DNA from: Chrysomallon squamiferum
Taxonomy: Eukaryota; Animalia; Mollusca
Assembly: GCA_012295275.1 (NCBI GenBank)
Contig: CM022670.1
Location: 4,526,001 to 4,590,000, forward strand
Length of the DNA stretch: 64,000 nt
Reading direction: 5' to 3'
Under the pieces are notes generated by a model, which had not been told where the DNA came from, searched no databases, and worked only from the letters and a program-made list of their open reading frames with translations. Each line of letters begins with the position of its first letter. Position 1 is the stretch's first letter. Of the stretch, positions 1 through 15,394 are shown piece by piece. The position numbers and the translations under genes are program-made.

Positions 1-609
1 TGTTATTGTCTTTATAAGTTGGTAAACAGTATCGGATAGTGTACTTGATCCTTTGCTGTTTGATTTATATTTTTTTTATTTTATTTTTTTTATTTTTTTA
101 TTTATTATTTTTTTTTTTTTTTATTTGTTATGTTTAGATTATGAGACAATTTTCCGATATTATTATTATAAAAATTATCAATGATTTAGAAGAAAAGATA
201 TTTAGTTTTGCAATCAATAATAATTAGTTTTGCTGCTAAATGATATATCTTAGCTATTAAAAAAAAAGAAGAAATAATTATAACTATTATCACAATAACT
301 AACTAACTAACTAACTAAATAAATAAATAAATGACAAAATGATTTATAACAGGTAGATTCTATATAAATTTATTCCACTCGACAAACCATGCAATCAACT
401 TTCTATATTCTATGGCACAAATGGTCCTTCGTATCTTTTAATTTTCAGTTCAGCTCGCTTACCAAACATATATAGATTTTAAAATATTTACATAACAGAA
501 TGTCATTATTATTTCTCAATGTTTCGCAGTTCTTTCCCAACATTAACACCATCTAAAAAAAGACAAGGTCAAAAAAGATTACCCAATATTGGAGATGCTC
601 GGAATAATT

Positions 610-621
610 CAAGATGGCGGC
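610..621 (+). promoter_or_regulatory. YY1/Pho consensus site
   Basis: CAAGATGGCGGC, the full YY1 consensus, inside the first CpG-containing island. Confidence 0.45.
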
Positions 622-1100
622 ATGTTATCAAATATGATTTTAAATTCATAACGCAGCTCAGAGTAAACAGAATGTTTGTATAACATTCTACCGAGTTGAC
701 GAAAATATGACAGTGATCTGACCTTGTTTGAAAAACCATTTTCATTTCTATTTTCTGTTTTTTAACATTGTTACAGATGTTTTATTATTAACAAGATAAA
801 CAAGAGCATGTAGAAATGTTTAGAAATAACAAAAAATCTTAAACAAAGAAACACAAAAATATAATATAATTGTACACACATGCATTAGTGGTAGTGTCTG
901 CGTTAAAAAAGTAATCGTTTACAAAAGTAAGATTACTACTATTACTACTGTTATTATTATTACAACTGCTACTTAACCATTATTAATATAAATGCTTATA
1001 CTATTATTACTACGACTCCTAATATTGTACTACTACTACTACCAACATCACCACAGCCACCACCACGACCACTACTACTACTATTACATACTTACAGGAA

Positions 1101-1202
<102 letters not shown>

Positions 1203-2607
1203 CGTCATTAAAAACTAATTTAATTAAAAAACATAAAACAGTCGTTACGAGATATAATACATTATATTCATCCTACGCTAATATATTCCTGCAATCATTT
1301 TTTCAGTTAAATATCATTTACTAATTAATGTACAAAAAAAAAAAAAAAAAAAAAAAAAAGAAAGGGAAAGAAATTTGATGGATAACGAAAATAAAAATGT
1401 AATTACAAGAACGATATCTCAGCTACAAACAGTTTTACCCACACTTTTATTTAACTCGACTTGGAAACATAAAGTAACAAACTGACGAATCAGCCGTTAT
1501 AAAATTGGAAACATATTTCTTTCGGAAAGGAATAAATAAGTCTAGAGGTGTAGGTTACATGTATAAAGTCAACTTTAATTATGTGCAATTCTCGTAATGG
1601 GCATCAGGTGTTTCCTGTTTTATTTTTCTTCTTTTTTTTTTTTCTTTTTTTTAAAGAAAAAAAATCTCATTTCTGTATCGTATTACAGTTTGTTTGTCAA
1701 GATGCTGAAGTTCAAGAGCCAGACTGAGCGTGCTGGGTAGAGTACATTTTGACTGCTGGATGGATTCTTCTTCTGGCATCGTTCTAACATCAGACTGGAT
1801 TACCGAAAAGCATGGTATGTCCTGTCCTGCTTATTTTCCTTGTTCTTAACTGATGAGGGTAACCCATGTAAAGACAACAGTGGCTTTTCAAAATTAATTT
1901 TTGTCAGTGTAATGTGAAATAAAAAGCAAAACAAAATAAAATAAAATAAACTGTCATAAATAATTAAATAAATAATTTAATAATGAACATAAAGGAACAG
2001 TTGTTTTTTGTTTTGTTTTTAAAAAAAAAAATATTTTGAAGGAAATATTTATTTAAAATGATCGGAGTTTCACCAGCTTTAAACGTTTTGTACAGAATTT
2101 GATCTTTCGCAAGAGTTAAAAAGAAGAAGAAGAAGAGGAAGAAAAAAGGTATAACATTTTTAAACTGCTAAGCTAAAAGATATTAAAATTACAAATTAAA
2201 ACATCGGAAAAACACCAAAACAATTCTAAATATCACATGGAGGCGTACTACGCAATACATTTTTTTTTTAATATTTTAAATATGTATTTAAAAATCTCTT
2301 TAAAAAATACAATAAAATAAAAACGATAATTCCAGTAATATATATAACAAAGAGAAGTAAAACTGCTGTTTAACTGACAGTGATTAGTTTTAATGTTTTT
2401 CACACCAGTTGTCAAGTACTGAATCTCTTCGTGGCAATTCTCCTATTCATTCATCTGGTCATCCTCCGTTCGTTCATTCCTTTACTAACCATCATTTAAT
2501 TCACTCATTTGTTCATTCATTCAACATCTATCCATCTTTTCTTTCAGTCTTCTATTCAACATAATAATATCGATAACCTCAGATCGACAAAGAATCAATA
2601 TAAGCAA

Positions 2608-2639
2608 ATTATTATTATTTTTATTATTTATTATTATTA

Positions 2640-2713
<74 letters not shown>
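2608..2713. repeat. (ATT)n microsatellite
   Basis: Direct reading. Confidence 0.98.
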
Positions 2714-2714
<1 letters not shown>

Positions 2715-3364
2715 TGCTACTACTAATAACGTTCTTCTTCTTGTTCAGCTTCTCTTACTGAGCTTGTTTCCAGATTCGATCCAACAACTTTGCGATACAC
2801 GAACTACAAGCGTCATACCGCCGTCTATGTTAGAAGTTAACGAAAACGTCAGAGCTGACAAATAACGGTTCGTTCATTAAATTCGTATCACTCATTCACA
2901 ATCCGGGAAGACTATCAAACTGCAATAACAGAAACAAATACCTCAAACAGTATTATTTTATAATTGTCATAAATACTGAAAGGATAACGGGATTCTTAAA
3001 GGTGCACGCTCATCAATCGAGCTAACGGTTTCTGGAACACAGGACTGGAATAATCACTTGGTGATACATCTGACCTCAAACTGACTACGCGTTCTCTCGC
3101 TTTGCAAGGTTTAACTTAATCGGTTCATTGATGAGGTATTTTTGGGTCTGAAACGTAACGATTTTTATTTTTCGTTTTGTTTATTGATTGATTTATTTTC
3201 TTCTTTTTTTTTTCTTTTGAAATACTGCATTATTTAAAGTAAATTAGTCACCACTGTAAGATCAACAACAAGGAAGACGCGAATCTGCATGTTTAAACGT
3301 TGGAATGACAATTTGTAACTTGTCAATAAATATTTAATTAATTTTCGTTAAATATTAGAATTTA

Positions 3365-3365
<1 letters not shown>

Positions 3366-3439
<74 letters not shown>

Positions 3440-3442
3440 AAT
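3366..3442. repeat. (AAT)n(AAC)n compound microsatellite
   Basis: Direct reading. Confidence 0.97.
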
Positions 3443-3522
3443 AGTAATCGATGTAAACATTTTGGGAAGAAAAAAGATTTATATACACAATGGTGAATTA
3501 ACAACTGGCTATCTTCCTTTGA

Positions 3523-3641
<119 letters not shown>

Positions 3642-4560
3642 GTTATTATCCGCTGAAAGAATAATATAAATAATTTTTCCACGGAGTCATCCGTCAAAAA
3701 AACGATGTTGTGTGTTTTCGTACAGAGTCACCAATGAAAAACACATTTGTCAGCGTTATGCATCGGATCACCATTTCATCGATCACCATGTTAAAACAAT
3801 TTTTCAAACGACAGAATATTTTAAAATCTTTTCGGCCAGAAATCCACATTTCACAGAAAAGAAAAAAAAAAAAAATAAGCAAAAAAAAAAAAAAAAAAAA
3901 CTTCTTTTTTTTCAACAAAACAAGGAATGCAGGGAGTCGTGTTCGCCCAGTCATAAACGCGCAGTAATATCACCCGGGATTTATGCATTATTAATTAAAT
4001 AACAGTCTTCTGCCTGACTTTCCCATCTCCCAGAAACGTCAGTTTGTCGGCCAAAAGACATGCAAATATCATATCATTACGCGATGCGGTGTGAAATCCA
4101 ACAATTGCTCTTTTGTTCACGCTGACTAAAAGAACGCGTTGTTTTTCTGTCCCACTCTCTCTCTGAAACCTTAATTACGGCTTCCCGTCATTGCTTTAAT
4201 TTTTCCTGGGTGATAATTCGTAAGATTTTTTCCCTTGTAATAATAATTAATTTATGATGCTAAAGAATAATTTGTGTTATTGAGCCGGAAGAAACGATCA
4301 GTCGAATTGTGTGGGTTTTTTTTTTAAGCTTTAACAATAACATTAATAATAATGAATGAATCACACAGTGATGGAATGTTGGACCTGGAGCAAAAAATAT
4401 TTTAAAAATAACTTATTAATACTGAAGAAAGAAAAGAAAAAAGTCTTAATTTATTCATGTAATTTGCATGTTATGATGTCAAATTGCGATGGCTGTATAA
4501 GATTACTACTAATGAGACTCGATACGAAGATCTTAAATTTAAACTATTATTACAACCATT

Positions 4561-4950
4561 CTTGCTATTACTACTGTTACTACTGCTGCAACTACTACTA
4601 CTACTTCTGCTACTACTACTACTACTACTACTACTGCTACTACTACTGTTGTTAATGCCGCTGCTGCTATGTTACTACAACGGTAATACTGTTGTTGCTA
4701 CTACTTCTACAACATCGTGTATTACTAGTAAAAGTCTTAAATAATTTCATTAACTTCTGTTAGCATTTGGACAGGTACTATTCCTACCAGCACCAAAGCT
4801 ATTTTTTTTTTCTAACATAATAAGACAAAAACAGTAGCTACTACTTTTTCTGCTACTGCTACTACTACTACCTCAATTACTGATGTTCACGCTACGACCC
4901 ATCCACTACAATTACCATTATTGCATTTAGTACTACTGCTACTACAACTA
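4561..4950. repeat. Degenerate (CTA/CTG)n tract
   Basis: Direct reading; interrupted. Confidence 0.85.
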
Positions 4951-5708
4951 CGATCACAAATGAAACAAAACGAATCTATTTTTTTTCTCTCCTGCTATCA
5001 GTAGCGCAATTGCAAGATGAAGAACAATAAGAACAAGGATATTGGGATGAAATCTGATATATCTCTTCTGAGAAATGAACCTATTTCTTTCTTTCTTCTT
5101 TTTTAACTTTATTTAGTATTCCCTTTTTTTCATTCCTTGATTACAAATCAACCTGCTCACTGAGAGGGTCAGAAACGAGTCTTTGTATCAATATTTGATA
5201 CGAACATGAAGAGCGAGGATTCGATTTTATTCCCACCATCGCAGGTCACCCAGCGATTTGCACGCGGCTAATTACGACCATCTTAATTCGGCAAGTGATC
5301 GCGGCGTTATTAATCACCAGTCAAGAGTAATATTGTAGTCTGCAAGCAATACCAGACTGAGAATGATCAAGAGAAAAAGAAAATGAAAAAATGAATGCAG
5401 AAAAGAAGATATCGCTAGTGTTCATTTTATCGTTTTATTCCTACTTTGGTAGCACAAACATAAGATTTGTTGAATGGCCAGTAATGATTTTCGGAAATGT
5501 CGTCATTATTGAATCTCTGCTTATCCGCGTGTTTTTAAAAGAAATATATTGAGAGTGGAGAGAATGAAAGCAAACAGAAGACGTGACTTTGTGAATAGTT
5601 GTACAGAATAAACGGGAAAGTTTAAAAAAGAAAAATGTTTTAATCGTTTTTTAGTTAATGTTTTTTTATTTTTTTATTTTATTTTATTTTTTAATGGGTT
5701 TTTTTTTT

Positions 5709-5728
5709 ATTATTATTATTATTATTGC

Positions 5729-5759
<31 letters not shown>

Positions 5760-5869
5760 GCTATTATTATTATTATTATTATTGCTCTTATTATTATTAT
5801 TACTATTATTATTATTACTATTATTATTATTATTACTATTATTATTATTATTATTACTATTATTATTAC

Positions 5870-5908
<39 letters not shown>

Positions 5909-6011
5909 TATTACTATTATTATTATTACTATTATTATTATTGCTATTATTATTATTATTACTATTGCTCTTATTATTATTATTACTATTATTATTATTG
6001 TTATTATTATT
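5709..6011. repeat. (ATT)n with ACT/GCT interruptions
   Basis: Direct reading. Confidence 0.98.
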
Positions 6012-6624
6012 GTTTTTTAACGGAATGGCTTAATGGATTTTTTTATGATGAACGATTAATTATTCATCTGCCTCGACTCTCTCTTTAGCGTTATCTTCTC
6101 CTTTTTCTCTATTTCATATATTTTTTCCCTATCTGCCTCTGCATCTGTTCGCCGATCTCTGTAAAACAGTGCTTCCATCAATATTTTTTCTCACTCTCTC
6201 ATTTCATCTTTTTCCTATTTACTTTTACATCAGTCTACATCATTTACACAATTTCGCATACAAAAATGTTCAAAAACTCACTCTACATCTTAGAACTCTG
6301 ATAACAAAAAATGAATGCACAAATAATGATAATATTCAAGATGACCAGACATTTTATCATTAATTCGCTTCTGACAGCAGATTTTCTAAAATTAAACATA
6401 CTGAAATGAAACCTAGACAAATCAGACGTTTTATGAGAAAAAAAAAGTTAATGATGTAAACCAATTCTGTCGGCTTTTGTAACCAATTCCAGACATTATT
6501 TTTGTGTCTATAATTATCTGATAAAGGATAATTGGAAGCACTTTGAACATTTGTAATTTTAGCTAATGAATACCCAGAAAAGGTTCTGGTGACTGTTGGT
6601 GTTAAATAAAATATCGATCATCAT

Positions 6625-6651
6625 CAGCAGCAACAGCTACAACAGCAACAG

Positions 6652-6690
<39 letters not shown>

Positions 6691-6722
6691 CAACAACACA
6701 ACAGCAGCAGCAGCAGCAGCAG
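6625..6722. repeat. (CAG/CAA)n microsatellite
   Basis: Direct reading; no surrounding ORF. Confidence 0.95.
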
Positions 6723-6888
6723 TAGCTACTGCTACTGTTACTACTAATATTTGCTTATGAAATAATAGTCCTTCTGTCTTTATCAGTCACTGACATGAAA
6801 GGTAGAAGTAAAAGAGACAGAGGAAGTTAGAGAAGGACAGAACAACAGAAAGACATGAGAGAGAAGAAGTAGGGAGGAAAACAGACAA

Positions 6889-6892
<4 letters not shown>

Positions 6893-6960
<68 letters not shown>
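6893..6960. repeat. (AG)n microsatellite
   Basis: Pure AG run. Confidence 0.99.
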
Positions 6961-6962
<2 letters not shown>

Positions 6963-7525
6963 GGAGTTATGATTAAGATGATGAGTGTTAATTAACGACG
7001 ATTCAACAGTTAAGCCTATTCCGAATTCCAAATTTCACAAAAATCATTTATTATCCTGTCTAGAATCAAACATTTCTTTTTCCTTTATTTTTTCCCCGTT
7101 CATTCTTTAATTTTATATGTTTGTCTGTGTGTAAGCGCGTTTTGATTGTCTGCGTGTGTTTCAGAAACCAGACGAGTCCTTTCAGTGGCTGGGATAACTA
7201 AATGGAAACAGAAACTGGAATTGTAAATAATAACCTCATTATTTTACATATTTGCTTCATAGCTCTGTGAAGTGTCAACCGATCAATTCCGAAGACGTCG
7301 AAAATACACACTCCACGATAATAAGCACATCCATAATATAGCAACACGTACTATTATAGAGTAATGTTCTTTTCACTGGAATTGCCTTATTTTTGTGTAA
7401 TTTCTAAATTACATGCTCCGGTGGCAAAGGAAATGCTTTTAATACTTTGCCAAGATAGTTGTTTATAAAGCTTATTAAATGGGGCTTTGACGCTTAATTC
7501 TAAAATAGCGCGGACAATTTTCTCT

Positions 7526-7535
7526 GCCGCCATTT
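7526..7535 (-). promoter_or_regulatory. YY1/Pho consensus site
   Basis: GCCGCCATTT on the + strand, inside an island. Confidence 0.4.
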
Positions 7536-9940
7536 ACCGGGAAGACGAAAAGTGTATAAATACAATGTATGTGACCGCGTGTAATTACGTGCACTCGAAA
7601 CTGTTGTCCATAAATAACGCAGACAGCCAGCAGTGGATTATCCTTCACTGTGGAGAAATCTCTCTGTTCTCGCAAATTGTGTTAATGTGTCAGTGGTTTA
7701 AAATTCCAGATTTATTTATTTATTTATTTATTTATTTATTATTATTATTTTTTTTTTTAAAGAAAATAATAATACATATGTCATCCCTCCCTCTCTTTAG
7801 CTTTATCTTATGTGTGTTCATACGTGTGTATTTATATATGTATATATGTGTGTAACGATTTATATATGTTTTCAAGAATGCATGTATGTATGTATCGATG
7901 CATGTATATATTTATGTAAATATGTATGAATCTATGTATGTATGTATGTATGTATGTATGTATGTATGTATATATAACTGTATTTACGTGCTCCGAATAA
8001 AATTGTCTATATAAATGAAATTGTTGAATCTTGTATTTTATGACCTAATAAACGAGTTTTAAGAATCTTGCTTCAATGAAAATAAAGATGACCAAATGAA
8101 TAAAAAAATAAAAATAAAAAATAAAAAATGAAAAAATAAAAGTGGTAGCCTGTATTTTCTTCGTGCAATGTCCTAGTTATTTTCAAGGATTTTCGTCAAA
8201 ATTATCTTTCAGAACTGAATTCAAACAATGTATTGATGATGTTTTCGTCTTTTGTTTGATGTTTATTTAATTATTTTTTTTCATGATTTTTAAAAACAAA
8301 AATTATGCACGACCAAAATAAAAGTAAATAAATAAACACAGCGAGAGAGATGTTAATAAACATCTGAGTGTTCAACATATTTTCCAGTTTTTTAAACAAA
8401 ATTTCCCTAAACACTATTAGATCGATTATACCAAAAACATGTCTGTAACTTCTACTGTTTTCGCACTGCAAAGACACTGCAGGGAAAAGAAAAATAATAA
8501 AAGTTTGACTTGAGGGAGATTCTACGAGACTAACACTTTTGAGAAATAACGTGCTGGTTTTTCCTAAGCTTTTGTAAAAATTAAACATGAGCACAGCGTA
8601 AATGAGTCTAGGAAAGAATTATCCCTTGTGAATAACGGGGATTCGTTTGACGAACGAATCACTTTACAAGTGTTGAATGATTAGTACATGCGAGAAAAGA
8701 CTAAATGTTATTTATAGATGAATATAGACTGCGTGTGTATGTGTGTGTGTGTGTGTGTGTGTCTGTGTGTCTCTGTGTGTAAATGACAGAGAGAAAGAAA
8801 GTGTTACATATTTGAAAATATTTGATTTTAAGGTATATTTTTTCGTACAGCATAGTACTAGAGACCGAGGGATAAACAATATGCCAGTATTTATTGTCTC
8901 GCTTGTTAATTAGTAATATTAATTCAATATAATTAATAAGAAAGCTGGCTGTTTGCTTTTAACGTTTGTTTTTATTCAGAAATCAAAGAAGACTGAAATT
9001 CAAACAGCAGGTAGAAATATTTTGTGCGTATTCTACAAGACTCATAAAATGTGATTAAGATTAAAACATTTCTTTTAAATAAAAAATATATATTGAGAAA
9101 TGTATCATTAAACTGTATGTTAGCCAACCGCTGAGAACACAGAACTACAACAGCCAAAAATAAAACCCAGTTCTTATTGATTAAACAGACAAAAAAAGAG
9201 GACATAATAAAGAATAACGGACATTAAACGTCATGGGCAACTTAGCGAAATCATCAGAGAATATTTGCTAAGATATTAACAGTCAAAATAACAAAAGGCT
9301 GTAGTTTATTGGTGTTTTGAAAAGCCGTTACATATTGGAATCAGAGAGATGATGTTCTGTTATGGCACAGTTGGAAATCTCTTTCCATTTCCATTCTCCA
9401 GCGGCAGAACAGCGGTGACCAATAAAACTACTTGTTGTGTGTCTCCGGACGCCAATTTCGTCAAATCTGATGGCGTCATTCTTTAGTTAATTGTAGGAAA
9501 GTAGCTACAGAAGACGATTTATGGAGTTAAAGATTATAAGAAACATGGAAAGAAAGTGGATTTATGGAAATGCGACTTGAGTACAGTGGTTTATTTTGTA
9601 CTGAGTCACGCTGCAAACGCGGACAAAGTTATTCTAATTTTGAAAATAATGGTTTTTTATTTTTTTTTTTTTTTTTATATTCTTTTTAAATTTACAATAG
9701 TTATCGCTGACTGATGTATACTAATATATGTACTCAACTGATGATAACCACCATTTGTTGATTACTTAATTTGGGGACGTTCATTTTTTTTTTTCTTTCT
9801 TTCTTTCTTTCTAAATTTATTTATTTATTTTATTATTATTATTAAAAAAAAAAAGTATTTATATTTTTAAATTATTGTTATTATTATTATTTTTTTTTTT
9901 TACTCTAACGACCTGTTTGATTCCAAAATGAAATGAAATG

Positions 9941-9977
<37 letters not shown>

Positions 9978-10268
9978 ACAACAACACCGTATTAGATAGA
10001 CAGATAAATAAATAAATTAATTAATTTTTAACAATATTTTTGTGATGATTTAATTGGCAAAACTATTAAAAAACCCGGCGGTGCCGTCCATTTCCTTCAC
10101 ATTAACTACAAACTATAAACTTTCGAGCATTTTCATTTTCTCAACCTCCATGCTTAGAAGAACAAACATACTTCATAAAGCAAATTTTGAAAACAATATA
10201 TTTCGATGCATATCAAGATTGAAAAACAAATACAATGAACTTGCCTAACCTTTCTTCTATCTTTCTTG

Positions 10269-10303
<35 letters not shown>

Positions 10304-11464
10304 TGGTTTTGACCAAATTATTCTTAGTCAAAAGCATGAAAAATCAAACAAACGCATTTCCTAAGATACCTAACAAAAACAAGAACCTTGTGTTTAATAC
10401 GGCCTACGAAATAAAAATTCTACGCGTTTCTTTATTACAACTCTTTCAGTTTTGTACTCGCGTCGTGTTTAATAACACAAGCGTCCTTGAATGTCATCAC
10501 TTCGAGAAATACTCACTCTGTCTGATGCTTGTATCGAACGCAACCTTACGTTGCTGTTTTGTTTGTTTGCCGAGCATAACAAGCGTTGGGAAAAATAACA
10601 CCTTCTGCAGAAATGATTTTTAATAACTTCTCACATCTGATAAAAATGCTTTTTATCGAAATTCCTTAAACATGTTATTGACAAAGCCAGCCGAGAGAGT
10701 GTTTGGTAGCTGGAGACTTTACGTGCATATCACGTTTCACAATGTTTGTGAAAGAAGGTACGCTGTTGTTTATTTTATAAAAATGTATGTAGATGTATAA
10801 CTACATGCCCAACATGGCCAAAAGACAAATTATTAAGTGGCAGAATATGTTCAAGGAATTTTTTTAAAAATGTAATAAATGTCACATTAAATAAAATTAC
10901 TTGTTACTTTACACACATTAAATTGTAGCCAAAAGATATATAAGTGAGTGTGTGGATAGAAAAAAAAAAAAAAAAGGATCTTATGATTTTTTTTTTCATC
11001 ATAAAATCAGAACAACTTGTAAAATGTTTTTACATGTCTGTGTGTTTGTACATGTATGTATATGGTGTGTGTGTGTGTATATGTGTATGCCCTTCGCAGA
11101 ACTGAATATTGGATTCGATTCAAAATCGTCACGAAGCTTCTATTCGGTTCGATTTGATTTGTTATTGCAGATTAAACTGGACAAACTGAAAAAAGACTTA
11201 CAAATTATCTGCGGTCCGTTATTAACAAACAATAAACAACGTAAGAAAAAATCTCTGAACTCCTCAAATTTTAAGATAAAATTCGTATAAAAAAAAAAAA
11301 TTATCCAAATATTACTATTATCTTACTCATTTATTAGCTTGCTGATTACATGCTCATTATGTAAACTTAGCCTTGTGTAATCATGTTAATCGCCCTACAA
11401 GCACAGTGAATATTTATAACATTTATCTGTTTTCATTTACTGAGTATTCGTTCGGAAACCTGAG

Positions 11465-11466
<2 letters not shown>

Positions 11467-11559
<93 letters not shown>
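11467..11559. repeat. (TC)n microsatellite
   Basis: Near-pure TC run. Confidence 0.99.
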
Positions 11560-12283
11560 GTGTATGTATGTATGTATGTACGTATGTGCTTACATAGGTA
11601 ATCATATTGTATGTATGTGTGTGGATGCGTGTATCGCTAATGCTCGTGCTCATTGACGTATTTTCTATTCGTATGATCTTTACAATCATTTATAACGTAT
11701 ATTTAAATTCATAAAATTGCGAATATATCATTTCAGATTTGGCTTTCCATTGTCATTTCCATCCAGCCCATTTTGTTCTTAATACGAAAACAATGAAGAG
11801 ATTACAAACGAATTTCCTCAAATGGCTCGTCACATTGTATTATTTTGTATCCAAGCGGCCATAACGCCTCTATTACAGGATTCACGTTGATTAATGCCCC
11901 CAGTCCATCGCGTATTGTAATTTTCAACCATCTAAGATTTCACGACAAGCTGCTAATCAATCAAGCTCACATCCGGGAATACCCGAGGTCACAAGGTCAC
12001 TGATAATCCATGGCTCGAGACCAGGTGTCGCTTCTGACAATGAAAAAACAGGAAAAATGATTTGTCGACGCACGCGTGTTGACACTGCACGCGCTGGTTT
12101 GTCAGGATATGTAGACAAGGTAACTGTTTTCCGATTAGCAAGGACTAAGTCATTATTTTGTATTTTGTGTTAAAATGCATTAAAAAATATATTTCTTATT
12201 AATATGGCCAGGTAGCCCAGTAGTGGTAATGATGATGATGATAACTAAGACCATAATTAAAAATACATACTTGTTGTTGTTGT

Positions 12284-12333
<50 letters not shown>

Positions 12334-12460
12334 CAAGGAGAATTATTATTATTATTATTATTATCCATCCATGTATAAATTTCATAACATTCATTATTAC
12401 GCGTGTCAACTTTTAAATTTTATTGTTGGTGTCAGTCTGTATGTGCATGTACGTGCGTAA

Positions 12461-12504
<44 letters not shown>

Positions 12505-13243
12505 AGCTAGACAGAGACACAGAAAGAGAGAGGCAGCGAGAGAAAGTGTTAGGCAGGTTTCTGTGAGTTGCTAGGATTGCCAGTTAATTGCATTAAACGC
12601 TCTTTGGAACAACCGACAGTAGACTGTTATTGATGCCAGACTATAGTCTATTTATAACTGAACACAGCAGTTCCATTAAACCACAAATAAAATTATAAAA
12701 TCTCTTTTCATTTATCCTTTTATTGTTTTATTTTTTTTTCCCTCAAATCTCGTAATGTTTTGTTAAATTTTACAATATTAATAGTAAAAAATAAAAAATA
12801 AAAAAAATTATGTTATGATGTATTTTTTCTTGTTGTTGTTGTTTTTCATTCAATTTCTTCATCTTTTATTTTTCATTTCTATCTACATACTTGTTCCTTT
12901 AATTATTACCACGAGGAAAAATGCTTCATAATTCAGATTTACATGATACTAGCACGTGTTCGTTGTTGCACATGTTTCTGAGTACACAGGCAAACAAGAT
13001 TCCCATAACATAAACACAAACAAGAATGTCAGAGGAGAACCCTGGACACCCAGCAGGCAGCACCTGACTAATTGCGTATATGATTTTTGTGACGTCTGCT
13101 GCCTCGTTCTCTTTGTTCACGGCATCTACGACTGGAACCGGAACCATCAGGAGCTGTCATGTGACACTTTACGACCCCGATCTGGAACTCATTTTCTATG
13201 AAGTCACGTTTAATCATCTTTACAGAATGTCGGTCTCACGTAC

Positions 13244-13561
13244 CAGTTAAATAAATTCCGTTCGCCTTAGTGAAGAAGAAGAAAAAAATGTTTTGGATTC
13301 TTGTAGCAGCCCCGACGTCTTTTGACGACTTGCATCACCAGGAAGACTGGCAAGTCTAGGAAAACATGTTTTCTGCGGTTTTGAATACTGAGAGCGGAAC
13401 AGAGTGAAAAGACAAGGGTTTTATATAGTGTAGCGAAGGGGAAACGGCCGCTTTAATTAAGCAAGCGACGTCTGCTACTTGAACCGCGCTGAGTTAGATA
13501 AAGAAAACGTGCTTTGACGAATCTTTGAAAGAAAACTCGTAGAGGACAGAAAAGTGATTGG
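13244..13561 (-). promoter_or_regulatory. Candidate minus-strand promoter and short first exon
   Basis: On the minus strand: CCAAT (13561-13557), CTATATAAAA (13428-13419), Inr-like TCAGT (13391-13387), then donor CTG|GTACGT (GT at 13243). TATA-Inr spacing of about 36 bp is longer than the canonical 30-31. Confidence 0.25.
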
Positions 13562-13828
13562 ACTTACAGGCGCGGAGATACAATTTCACAAAACGAGACT
13601 CATTAATTGTGGAAGATATTATTTTCCGAGTGAAATGGATTTCATTATTTAAAAAAAAAAAAAAAAAACAAGAAGAGAAGAGACATTTGGGGTCACCGTC
13701 CTGGATTTGATTATAGCTCAGTGGGTTGCAGTAAAAATACCAAAGGAAAATATCTGTCTATAATAAAATAACAAAGTTACTGCATCTCCAACAATGTTAA
13801 TGTAATATAAATGAGTCAAGCAATCCAT

Positions 13829-13829
13829 C

Positions 13830-13876
<47 letters not shown>

Positions 13877-13990
13877 CAACAACAACAACAACAACAACAA
13901 TAATAATAATAACAACATCGCACAACAGCAACAACAAAAACAACAACAACAACAACAATAATAATAATAATAATAATAATAATAGCAATA
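13829..13990. repeat. (AAT)n(AAC)n compound microsatellite
   Basis: Direct reading. Confidence 0.97.
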
Positions 13991-14723
13991 ATACTTAATT
14001 ACTGCAGCTGTAATAATAACAATAATAAGAAAGAAAAAAGCACTAACAATACCAGTATTGTACTATTAACACTTGCTATTTGATAAATTATAATCGTTGC
14101 ACTGTTTCTTTCTTTGTTTGTTTCATTATATTTTATTTCATTCCACAATATCACAAAACAATGGTCTACAACACTTTTCCTGACCCACATTTTCAAAAAA
14201 AAAAAAAACCCCAGTCTGTTCTGCTTCAGGTTCAACATTAATTAATCCCCTTTTCTGAAAAGTACTTGAGACACGTGAAAACCTAATACGGACAGAAGAA
14301 CCTAACACGGTCCTCCTGACGACATTTCTATTTTTCATCTCTTCTCTTATTATTTTCCATTTTCTCGGCTCGCTCGCGTTCAAAACCTTTGACAGTTTCG
14401 GGTTTTGCGTTCACACATTTCAACTGCTCTGTGCACCGCCAAGCTCTCTCTCTATTGATCTCTTTGTCTCCGACTGCGACGACAAATCAAATAACGTTGA
14501 TGATCTTCAAAGAACTTAACCATTTTAAAATACTCCGAGGATGATAACATTGGCCATTATCTTCACATTACGCGACCTCCTTGGGACAACGGAGAAACGA
14601 ACTCGCTGTCGTCGCTTTTACAGGAGAAAAGAGGCCGATCAAAATTTTCAGTTTTTTTTTTTCTTTAAATACAAAACTTCTGTTGTATTCCGGAAAATGC
14701 TAACTTGTGAGGTTTTTGTTAAT

Positions 14724-14761
<38 letters not shown>

Positions 14762-15057
14762 ATGTTGCTGTGTTTGAAAAGATCTGTTGAGGCGTGTTTG
14801 CGGGTTTTAAAAGCTGTTTTTGTTATCAAGAGCATTGTTATCACTATTGGGTGTTTTTTTTTCTTTGCTTCTTTTGTTCAAAGATTGAAAACAAGATGTT
14901 GTGTATTGTGCTGTACAAACTGAGTTCTGTAAGAAATGTTTGTTGTCGTGATGCCAGCTAATATTATTATTGTTGCTTACATGTGGAATGGTATTTTATT
15001 ATTGGCGTAGGTGGAAAGTATTTATATATGTAATTTTATCGATTGGTGAATTATTTA

Positions 15058-15372
15058 CAGATAGACAGACAGACAACAGGCATATGATAGATAGACAGAT
15101 AGATAAATATATAGATAGATAGAAGATAGATAGACAGACAGATAGAAAGAGAGACACACAGAGAGATAGGCAGGCAGGCACATAGATATATAGGAAGAAA
15201 GATAAATAGGCATATACATATATAGATAAACAGATAGGAAGATAGGTAGTTTGGCATATAGATAGATACATAGATAAACAGATAGATAGACAGGTAGAGA
15301 AATAGATAGACAGACAGAAAGATAGATACAGAGACAGAGACAGAGAGATGGATAGACAGAGCGAGAGATAGA
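15058..15372. repeat. Degenerate (GATA/GACA)n tract
   Basis: Direct reading. Confidence 0.9.
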
Positions 15373-15393
15373 AGTTTTGTTGTTGTTATTGTT

Positions 15394-15394
15394 A

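Noticed and set aside
6625-6722. CAG/CAA run as a polyglutamine exon
   Set aside because: A frame-breaking CAACACAA, no flanking ORF or splice sites; it behaves like the other spacer repeats.
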